From an uncultured Verrucomicrobiae bacterium (lineage in GTDB: Bacteria; Verrucomicrobiota; Verrucomicrobiia; Chthoniobacterales; Chthoniobacteraceae): a DNA stretch of 64,000 bases. The notes beneath the pieces were generated by a model. The model saw only the letters and a program-made list of their open reading frames with translations, searched no databases and was not told the origin of the DNA. Position numbers and translations under genes: made by a program. Shown piece by piece: positions 55,346-64,000 of this stretch; position 1 is the stretch's first letter, and every line of letters starts with the position of its first letter. Where the stretch lies: NCBI GenBank assembly GCA_963769025.1, contig CAVYKI010000009.1, forward strand, positions 256,001 to 320,000, written 5' to 3'.

Positions 55346-57286
55346 CTATTCGCCGATCACTCCGAATTCGGCGACGGTGGCAAAGCTGTTGCCGCCATGC
55401 TCCGACAGCGCGCGGAGCAGGACGTAGCGGCCTTTCGTGTCGGCGCATTTGATCTCCTGCGGATCTTTCGTTTTCGCGAGCGTGGCCTTGGCGACCGGCG
55501 TGCCGAATTGCGTCGCCGACTCGCTCACGCAAAACTCGGCGTCCTTCACTGCGCCGTTCCATCCCGCGTCCTGGCGGCTCAGATAGACGAACCCGCGAAC
55601 GTTGCGTTCTGCGCCGAGATCGATGACGAGTTCGTGCGGCGGCGGAGCGGCACCGCCGGTGAACTTCGTGTGCCAAAGCGTGGCTGGATCGCCGTCAATG
55701 GCGTTGCGGGCGCATTTTTGATTGGCGGCGTTCTCGCTGCTGGCGCGGACAATTTTCCAGTCCCTGTTTGGCAACAACCCCTGCACCGTCAGTGTCGCGG
55801 CGGGATTGGCGGCAGCTGCCCCTTTTGCCCTGCCCTTCGCTTTCTTGGGTTCCGCGTCCTCGGGCTGATCCTGCCTGCCGAACTTCGCGCGGCGGTCGCG
55901 TTCGTGGCGGTCGGTGCGGGAGAACGTGCCTTCGCGGACCGGTTCGTGCGCCTTGGTGGCGAGATCGGTGAGTTTGGCGAGGATGTCAGCGTTCGTCGCG
56001 GCGACATTCTTGGCTTCGCTCGGATCGGTGGCGAGGTCGTAGAGCTCCCAGCCGGCATTGGCCTTGGGCCGCACGGCGCGCCAGTCGCCTTGGCGGATCG
56101 CCGTCCATGCGCCGATCTCCCAGTAGAGATACTCGTGCTGCGCCTGCTTGCGTCCCGCCGCCGCCTCGCCGATCAGCTCGGGCAGGATCGAGAGGCCGTC
56201 GATGTCAGCCGGCGCCTTGGCCCCGGTGACTTCGGCCATCGTGGGCAGCACATCGGGAAAGTAACCGAGATAATCGCTGACACGGCCCGGCGCGATTTTG
56301 CCGGGCCAGCGCGCGATGAACGGAATCCGCAGACCGCCCTCGTACAGCGTGCCTTTGGTGCCGCGATACTCGACGCCGGTCTTCGGGTTCTTGTTCGCGG
56401 AATGGATTCCGCGCGGGTGCTGCGACGGATTTGAAGTAGTCGTTTCCGCCGTTGTCGCCGCTGAAAAAGACGAGCGTGTTCTCGTCGATGCCGAGTTCCT
56501 TCAGCAGCGCGAGGATCTCGCCCACCTGGCGATCCACCATCGTCACCATCGCCGCGTAACGGCGCGCGTCCTCGGTCCACGGCTTGTCCTTGTAGAGCGC
56601 CCACGCGGGGTCGCTGTCGGGGATGTCGAAATTTCCGTGCGGCGGCGTGTACGGCAGGTAGGCGAAGAACGGTTTCTTCGCGCTGCCATTTTCGCGGATG
56701 AACTTCACCGCCGCGTCGTGGATGACGTATTGCGAGTAGGTTTTGCCCTCGCTGCCACCGTTGTTGCCCTCGAGCTTCACCTCCTCGCTGTTGCGGATGA
56801 GGTAAGGCGGATAGTAGGTGTGCGCGTGGACCTGGTCGTAGTAGCCGAGGAAGGTGTCGAACCCCTGCTTCTCCGGCACGCCCGTCGAGTCGCGACCGCC
56901 GCAGCCCCATTTTCCGAAACCACCCGTGGCGTAACCCAGCGGCTTGAGAATCGAGGCGATGGTCTGCTCATCCGCGCGCATCGGAGTGCCTCCGCCATTC
57001 GAGCGGACCGACGTGTGCCCGCTGAATGCTTGCCGGTGAGAAACGTGCAGCGCGTCGGCGCACAGACGGATGAACCCGCGAAGACGTTTTTGAACCGCAT
57101 TCCCTCCGCGGCCATCCGATCGAGGTGCGGTGTCCTGATGTTCTGGCCGCCCATGAAGCCCGGTTCGAAATAGCCGAGTTCATCCGCCATGATGAAAATG
57201 ACGTTCGGCTTTCCGGTGGCTGCCCGTGAAGCGGAAGTGGACGCCAGCGACAGCGCGAGCGCGATGAGCAGGATGGGATGTTTCAC
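55346..57286 (-). CDS. Arylsulfatase with C-terminal F5/8 type C (CBM32-like) domain, frameshifted
   Basis: CAPTR..FLTG, GKWG, YTPPH, GDNG; C-terminal ASSE..AIDGD..T.WHT..PHELVIDLG..RYV.L. Confidence 0.9.
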
Positions 57287-58137
57287 GGGTGCAGTTCTTT
57301 GATTCCGCCTTTCAGTGCAAAAATTTCCTTCACCTCGGCATCCGTCAGCGCGCGGTTGAACACGGCGAGGTCGTCCATGTGGCCCACATACGAGGCGCCC
57401 AGCACCAGCAGGACGGACTCGGGATTCCATCCGAGCGTGAGATCCCAGTTCTCGATCGTGCCCATGAGCTTGCCGTTCATGTGCAGCCGGCCGACAGGCT
57501 TCTTCGTCTTGTCGTTCAGGTTTTCAAACGAGAACACCACGTGCGTCCACTCCTCGCGGGAAAACGGCGCGCGCGGGAGGTTCACAGCCGGGCGCTGCTC
57601 GGCGGTCATCTTCGCCCAGTCGAGATTGTTGGGGTTCCAGATCTGGACCAGCGGGCGGATGGCGAACCGGAAGTGGCGGGGCGTCTCGTCCTTCGACCAT
57701 TCGAGAAAGATGAAGCCCTTCTTCGTATCGTCGCCGGTGATTTGCACGGGGTCGCAATACCCCGGCTCCAGATCCTTGTCCGGGTCGAGGCGCAGCCAGA
57801 CGGACACGGAAGCGCTCCAGTTCTTGTCGTTGTAACCGAGCACGCCCGCGCCCTTGAACTGCGGACGGGTGTTTCCCTTCCTCGGGAAATGCAACGCGCC
57901 GCCAAAGCGCCCGCCGTCCGCGACCAGCTTGACGTCCTCATTCGGCACCGCGGGCACGGCGTCCTTGCCCTTGCGGACAAAGCAGCCCTTTTCGCCGCGC
58001 GAAAAATCCGCATCGAGCCCCTTGTCGAAGGATGCGTGGAGAGTGAGTGCCTGTTTCAGCCCGTCAGCGCCCTGCGCGAGGGCGGCAAGGGGGAGGAGCA
58101 TCGCGATCAACAGTCTGCAGGTGCAGTGATGTTTCAT
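57283..58137 (-). CDS. Secreted LamG-like (concanavalin-fold) protein
   Basis: LHASFD, GRFGGAL, SVSVW, EWTHVVF, LHMNG, DDLAVFNRALT..EV. Confidence 0.85.
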   Translation of the reverse strand: MKHHCTCRLLIAMLLPLAALAQGADGLKQALTLHASFDKGLDADFSRGEKGCFVRKGKDAVPAVPNEDVKLVADGGRFGGALHFPRKGNTRPQFKGAGVLGYNDKNWSASVSVWLRLDPDKDLEPGYCDPVQITGDDTKKGFIFLEWSKDETPRHFRFAIRPLVQIWNPNNLDWAKMTAEQRPAVNLPRAPFSREEWTHVVFSFENLNDKTKKPVGRLHMNGKLMGTIENWDLTLGWNPESVLLVLGASYVGHMDDLAVFNRALTDAEVKEIFALKGGIKELHP

Positions 58138-58157
58138 GATGGGGGAAGGTGTCTGAT

Positions 58158-59556
58158 TCAGTTCTTCTTCGGCCTTTTCTTTGCCGCTCCATCCGCCTTC
58201 CCCTTGCCGCCGTTCGGACTCAGGCGCTTCCACCAATCCGGACCCTCGGCGTCGATGGCGGCGTTCTGCCTCATGAGCTGCTCGCGCAACGCCGCGAAAC
58301 GCTCCGGCTCCCGGTCCTTGAGGTCGGTGGTCTCCTTCTCGTCGGTCGCGAGATTGTAGAGTTCGAACTCGGTGAGTTCGGCGTTCGCGAGAATCTTCCA
58401 GTCATCGACGCGCATCGCGATCTTCGCATTCGGGGCCATGAGGAGCTTCCAGTAGAGCGGCTGCGGCCGATCAAGCTTCGCCGTCGCGCCGGTCAGCGCC
58501 GGCATGACGTTGATGCCGTCGAGCACGCGGTCCTCGGGCGCCTCGACTCCGGCTGCGGCGAGCATCGTGGGGAACATGTCGCTGCCGATGACCGGCACGC
58601 CGCTCACCGTGCCGGGCTTGATGTGGCCAGGCCAGCGCGCGAGCCCGGGTACGCGAATGCCTCCCTCGTGCATGTCCCGCTTGCGCCCGCGCAGCCCTCC
58701 GCTGGAACCGCGCCCCGGCGACCTGATCCCGTCGCCCTCCGGGCCATTGTCCGAGGTGAAGAAGACGAACGTGTTGTCGGCGAGCTTCTGTTCGTCGAGC
58801 GACTTCATGAGCATTCCAAAGGCGTGATCCAGTTGCGTGACGTTCGCATGGTGCTCGCGCTGCACGTCGTCGGTGAGGTCGGGATACTGCGCCTTGAACT
58901 TCGGGTCCGACTTGATCGGGTAATGCGGCTCATGCGTCCACACCGCGAGGAAGAACGGCTTCGACGCGTCGCGCTTTTCCTTGAGCCAGGTGATCGCCTC
59001 GCCGACGACGAGCGGCGCCGAATATCCCTCCAGCCGTCCGACCGGCTGGCCATTGCGGATGAAGTTGTTTGGGTTCTCGTGCGACGGCCCAGCGTTGTTC
59101 TGCGTGGCCATCCACCAGTCGTAGCCGTGGTCGCCCGGCTGCGGCTGCGCGGGATTGTTGAACAGCCCGTTCAAATGCCACTTCCCGCTGTGGCAGGTCG
59201 TGTAGCCCGCGCCCTTGAGCAGCTTCGGCAAGCTGTTCTCGCTCGTGCGCAGATGCACCTCGCCTCCATCGGCAATCCACGTGAAGACGCCGTTGCGATG
59301 CGGCGTGCGCCCCGTGAGCAGCGCCGAGCGCGACGGACTGCACACCGCGCTCGCCGCGTAGCAATTGCGTGAGCTTCACGCCCTGTTTCGCGAAGGCGTC
59401 GAGATTCGGCGTCTTGATGATCGGATGCCCGTATGACGCGAGGTCGCCGTAGCCGAGGTCGTCGGCGAGGAAGAGGATGATGTTCGGCTGCGCGGCTCCG
59501 TGACTGATTCCACAGAGGGCAAAAAGGAACGCGGAGAAGATCGGGAGGGATTTCAT
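58158..59556 (-). CDS. Cys-type sulfatase, frameshift near 59362
   Basis: [35 protein letters not shown]...EGGIRVP. Confidence 0.92.
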
Positions 59557-59638
59557 GGTTTGGAGTTTCGTGAGGAGGAGATGGATCAAAACAAGGAAGG
59601 GGACGTCAGATGTCGAAAGTCAGGGCCGCGCGCAAATC

Positions 59639-60736
59639 TCAGGGCGCGGGATGCCCGGTGATTTCCGCGAGCAGCCGGAAAAAGCCGCGTTTGCGTTCGG
59701 AGCTGATGCCCCAGTTCACAGGCGGCGATTGGTAGCCTTCATCCCGGCCTTCGCCCTTCATCCGGAAATCGAAGTAGCCCCACGATGCATACTCGCCGAC
59801 GGCGGCGGCGAAGTTGTTCTCAGGCTTCTCGAAGTCGAAGTGGTCGTCCTCGTTGAAAAGGATCGGCTTCGGCGTGTAGCCGGGCACGGCGCGGGTCTGG
59901 CGCACCATTTCACCGATGCGCGCCGGCACTTTCACGCCATTGCCGTGGAGCAGGAGAAAGTCGGATGCGCGAACGACGTTCTCCTTTGGCACGGCGCCCC
60001 CGCCATAGCTGGTGCCGGTGAGCAGGCGGCGTCCGTCACGCTCCGTCCTGCGCACACGGAGGATGAGCTCATGGACGCGATCCGGACGCAGGATGTCGTG
60101 GTCGTAGGCCTTCACGTTGGTCTCGTTGTTCACCTCCACGAGCACATTGCGCCAGCCGCCGGCAAGCAGCCAGCGAGTGGCGTCGTCGGTTGCGCGGAGC
60201 ACGGCGGCCTCGTCGCGCAGGCGCTGATCCTGGCCAAAGTAGAAGTAGCCGACGATGGCGACCATGCCGAGTTCATCCGCACGGTCGAGGATGCGCGCGA
60301 GGCGGGCCATGAATTCCGGACGCAGCGCGCCTTCGTCGGTGAATGCCGAGTTATGCCACGGCTGCGTCTTCGAATAGCCCTCGGGCGAGCCGCCCTGGAG
60401 ATTGAGCGTGAAGGCGAGCAGTCCGTGTTTCCTCCACTGCGGCATGGCCGCGATGAACTCGCTGGTGTTGCGGTCGGCGTCCCACTTTCCCGTGTCGGGG
60501 TAGGCCCATCGCGCGACGGTCTCGGGATTCAGATCGTCGTAGGTGCCCTGCACCATCCGCGAATTCATGAGCAGGCCCTCGATCCGTTTGCCGTGCCATA
60601 CACGGCCGGGATACGTCGGCTTGCCGTTGATGTGAAAATCCTCACCAACGATGGTGACCGCGGTTTTTCCGGGGTTCGCCGCGACGGATGGGAGGATTGC
60701 GGCGAACAGCAGTGCGACGAGCGCGATCCGCGTCAT
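59639..60736 (-). CDS. Secreted glycoside hydrolase-like TIM-barrel protein of unknown function
   Basis: Signal peptide; FHING; VEVNNE and PILFNE motifs placed like clan GH-A catalytic Glu; ATGA overlap with the upstream gene. Confidence 0.6.
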   Translation of the reverse strand: MTRIALVALLFAAILPSVAANPGKTAVTIVGEDFHINGKPTYPGRVWHGKRIEGLLMNSRMVQGTYDDLNPETVARWAYPDTGKWDADRNTSEFIAAMPQWRKHGLLAFTLNLQGGSPEGYSKTQPWHNSAFTDEGALRPEFMARLARILDRADELGMVAIVGYFYFGQDQRLRDEAAVLRATDDATRWLLAGGWRNVLVEVNNETNVKAYDHDILRPDRVHELILRVRRTERDGRRLLTGTSYGGGAVPKENVVRASDFLLLHGNGVKVPARIGEMVRQTRAVPGYTPKPILFNEDDHFDFEKPENNFAAAVGEYASWGYFDFRMKGEGRDEGYQSPPVNWGISSERKRGFFRLLAEITGHPAP

Positions 60737-63367
60737 GGCTTGAACATCGCGTTCGCCCGATCGCCGCCGCTCAGCACGTAGGCGAGGAGGTCGAGGATTT
60801 CCTCCTTCGTGAGCATGTTCAGCAGCATCGGCGGCATGGGCGAAACCTTGCTCGGCTCGATGCTCTTCACTTCCTTGCGATCCACGGCACGTCGCTGGTT
60901 CGGGATCGGCGAGATCGGTGTTCAGCGTCACGTTGTCGCCGTTGAGATTCACGACGACGCCGATGATCTGCTCGCCGTCGTTCTTCGTCACCACGATCGG
61001 GACGAACTGCTCGTTGATCACCTTGCTCGGGTTGATGATCTGGTCGAGCAGGTCGTGCGGGCTGTAGCGGCCGCCGGCGCCGGTGAGGTCGGGGCCGGTC
61101 ATGCCGCCCTCGTTGCCGAAGCGGTGGCAGGTGAAGCAGGCGGCGGCGCCGAACATCTTGCGGCCGTTGTCGAAGCTGCGGTTCTTCATCCCGGTCTCCG
61201 CGGCGGCGCTGAGTTCTTCGAGCGTCCAGTTCGTCGGCGTGCGGCCGGCGAACATCGCGCCGAGCGTTCTCGATGGCGGATCTTGCGCTCGGGCTTCTTC
61301 GCGATGAGCTCGGCGAGCTCGCGTCTTCTCCGCGTCGGTGAAAGTGGCGAGCGCGTCGTTGCGGATGAACTCGATGAATTTGTCGAAGCTCGCGCCGCCC
61401 TTGTAGTTCGCAGCCTTGAGGAACCATTCGAGCTGCGCGTGCGCAGTCTCCGTGCGTCCAGCCGGTCTTCAGCATGCGCAGGCTGCGCGCGTATTCCATC
61501 TGCTCCTCCTGCGTCGGCGCGTCGGCGATCAGCGCCATGCCTTTTGCGGCGAGCGTGGGGCTCTGCAGATAGGCGAGCGTCTCGCAGAGCAGCCAGTTCA
61601 GCTCGAAGGTCGTCGCGCGGGAAAAGCGGATCGAGCTTTGCGATGAGCTGCTGGCGCGTCGCGTCGTCGCGGCCGTCAAAGCGGTTGAGCACGATCTCGA
61701 TCGTGCGCACGCGGTGAGCTGCTGCTCTGCGGCGAGCGCGGCGAAGTCGAGCTTCAGCAGCGCGGCGAGCAATCTTGCCGCGCATGCGCGGTGTCCACCG
61801 GCTGCGTGTCGGCTGTGCGATGCGTGCGGGCACACCCCGCCGACGCGGGCGAGCGCCAGCAGCGCTTCGAGCCTGCTTCGCGGGATCGGTTTCAGCCAGC
61901 GCCTTGTCGGCCCACGTCGGCAACGGGCTGATGCTCGATCGCGGTGCGCGCGGCCCAGCGGATGAAGCGGTCCTTGTCGCCGAGATGCGGCCAGGCGGCT
62001 TCGACGGCCTTCGGGTCCTGCTTGCCGTGGAAGGCTTCGAGTTGATGCGCGCAGGTCGCGCGCATGGCATCTGATGCTTGGCGTTCGCCGTGCGCGGCTG
62101 CGACGCGGCGCCGTGCTTCGCTTCCCGTGTAGGTCACGCGATACAGCCCCGACTGCACGCGCCGTCCGCCGATGGTGAAATACATCGCGCCGTCCTTCGG
62201 GTGGATGATCGCATCCGTGAGCGGCAGCGGCGCGCCGGAGACGAATTCCTCCTTCGTCGCCTTGTAGGTCGCGCCGTCCGGCTCGAGGTGGATCGCGTAG
62301 AGTTTGCCCCAGCTCCAATCGAGCGCGAAGAGGGCGTCCTGATACTTCGCGGGAAACTTTGCGCCGTAGCCAAAGGTCATGCCGGTCGGCGAACCGGGGC
62401 CGATGTTGACGACCGGCGGCAGGTTGTCGGGATAGAACTCGGGCCACTTGCCCGCGCCGTTGCGCCAGCCGTACTCCGCGCCGCTCACGACGTGGTTGAT
62501 GCGCGTGGGGCGATACCACGACGTGTTGAAGTCGTACTCCATGTCCGCGTCGTAGGTGAAGAGCTCGCCGTCGCGGTTCAACGCCGCGTCGAAGATGTTG
62601 CGGAAGCCGGTGGCGAAGATCTCGAACTGCTTTCCCGTCCGGCGAGACGCGGTAGATGATGCCGCCCGGGCCCATCACCTCGCGCATGAAGCCGCGGCCG
62701 TCGGGCATGCGCGGCAGCAGATGATCCTCGCCCCAGACGGCGGGCACCGGCGAAGTCGCGACGGTCTCGGTGCGGCTTCGCGCCATTGCCGCAGATGAGA
62801 TAGAGCGCCTTGCCATCCGGCGTCGGCAGCACGGCATGGACGCCGTGGTCGCCCTTCGCAGTCCATCGCGCGCAGCAGCTCCACCTTGTCGAGCTCGTCG
62901 TCGCCGTTGCTGTCGGTGATGCGATAGAGGCCGCTCGGGATCTTCGTTCTCGTAGTCGTTCACGCCGACGTAGAGCGCGCCGAAGGCGAAGAGCATGCCG
63001 TTCACCGCGCGGATGTCCGCGGGCACCTTCTCGCACGTCCTTCGGATCGAGCGGCTGGCCCGCCGCGGGCGGCGTGAAGCGGTAGAGTCCGCCGTATTGA
63101 TCGCTGGCGTAGATGCGGCCCTTGTCGTCCGCGCAAAGATTCACCCACGATCCCTGCGTCGCCGCCCGGCACGGAGTAGAGCAGCTCCACCTTGAAATCC
63201 TTCGCGACCTTGATGCGCGAAATCGGCGTCGCCTTGTTCTCGCCGATGGCCGGGCCGACCACGGCCGGCCGTTTCGGTTTTTCCTTTGGCTTCGCGGGAG
63301 CCTGCGCGTGCGCGGCGGTGGCGAGGGCGACGAATGCGAGGAGCAGGGGGATGGTCTTGGATTTCAT
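60733..63367 (-). CDS. PVC-type heme-binding membrane-bound dehydrogenase-like protein, frameshifted
   Basis: FKVEL.YSVP, DADME, GPGSPTG propeller region; HEAT-like repeats; CFTCH..GPDLT cytochrome c domain. Confidence 0.85.
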
Positions 63368-63607
63368 GGTGAAGAGGAGAGGGATGACGAAAAAAGTGGA
63401 GGAAGGTCTCGCTGGAGATTCGCTTACGGCGCGACCTTCACTTTCCGAAAGCCCGCTGTCCCGCCAAAGACGAGGAAATTTATGCCCGCCATTTTTTCGC
63501 ACGGCACGGCGAACGCACTGAGAATTGCGGCGGTCGCGACTTCGGGAGGAGGCGTATGTCTCATGACAGGGGAACGCGAAAAACTTCCACGGTGTGAATG
63601 GCGGAAT

Positions 63608-64000
63608 TCAACGCTTCGATCCGGGCGTCGCCCCTTTTGCGCCCTGCCAGCCTTTGAGCCATTGCTCGGTGAGCTTGGCGACGAGTTCGGCGTTCTTCGG
63701 GTCGCCGGCGATGTTCACGTTTTCCTGCGGGTCGGTCTGCTGGTCGTAGAGCTCGACGGCGTCCACTTTGGTGTGGTCGCCCTTGTCGACCCAGCGCGTG
63801 AAGCGGTAGCGGTCGGTGCGCATCGAGTAGCCCATGAGCTGCTTTCCGCCCACGCTGCGCGGGATACTGGCTGAAGGCGGCGCTCTTCACGGACGCCGAC
63901 GGGTCGTCGCAGCACCGGCGCGAGGCTCACGCCTTCGAGATGCGGCGGCAGCGGCAGGCCGCAGAGTTCCGCGAGCGTCGGATAGATGTCCACGAACTCG
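63608..64000 (-). CDS. Sulfatase C-terminus (iduronate-2-sulfatase-like), partial
   Basis: [37 protein letters not shown]...DPQE. Confidence 0.85.

Noticed and set aside
59639..61255. Apparent cytochrome c - glycoside hydrolase fusion in the ORF track
   Set aside because: Caused by a frameshift near 60900; the linker is nonsense, and the GH gene has its own signal peptide and ATGA overlap.

Overview
High-GC bacterial chromosomal segment. Gene content points to Verrucomicrobiota, probably Chthoniobacterales-like (inference from the DWG-type Ser/Thr kinase, DUF1552/DUF1592 pair, PVC-type heme-binding dehydrogenase and many sulfatases). Many genes, including housekeeping ones (pepF, clpB, glyA, thiC), are split across frames by 1-nt indels, often in short homopolymers. 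This looks like long-read assembly error, so genes were reconstructed across frames and some coordinates are approximate. 1-27.8 kb is mostly core: htrA end, pepF, clpB, ychF, argC, a phosphatase-RpiB-GlyA triple fusion, an FHA/LRR kinase, tRNA-CAT, and TPP riboswitch-thiC. It also holds a hicBA locus with an uncalled, translationally coupled 58-aa zinc-finger ORF. 28-39.7 kb is accessory: His-rich TPR protein, DUF1592/DUF1552, esterases, an RlmN-family gene and a deletion scar. 39.8-49.5 kb is an eight-gene MoxR/vWA (Bat-like) envelope operon with an unusual gene order and several uncharacterised genes. It converges on a >14-kb cluster of secreted sulfatases, a PhoD-like enzyme, a LamG protein, a GH-like TIM-barrel and a heme dehydrogenase. 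That operon plus cluster is the best candidate for an undescribed system. No CRISPR array, integrase or transposase was recognised.
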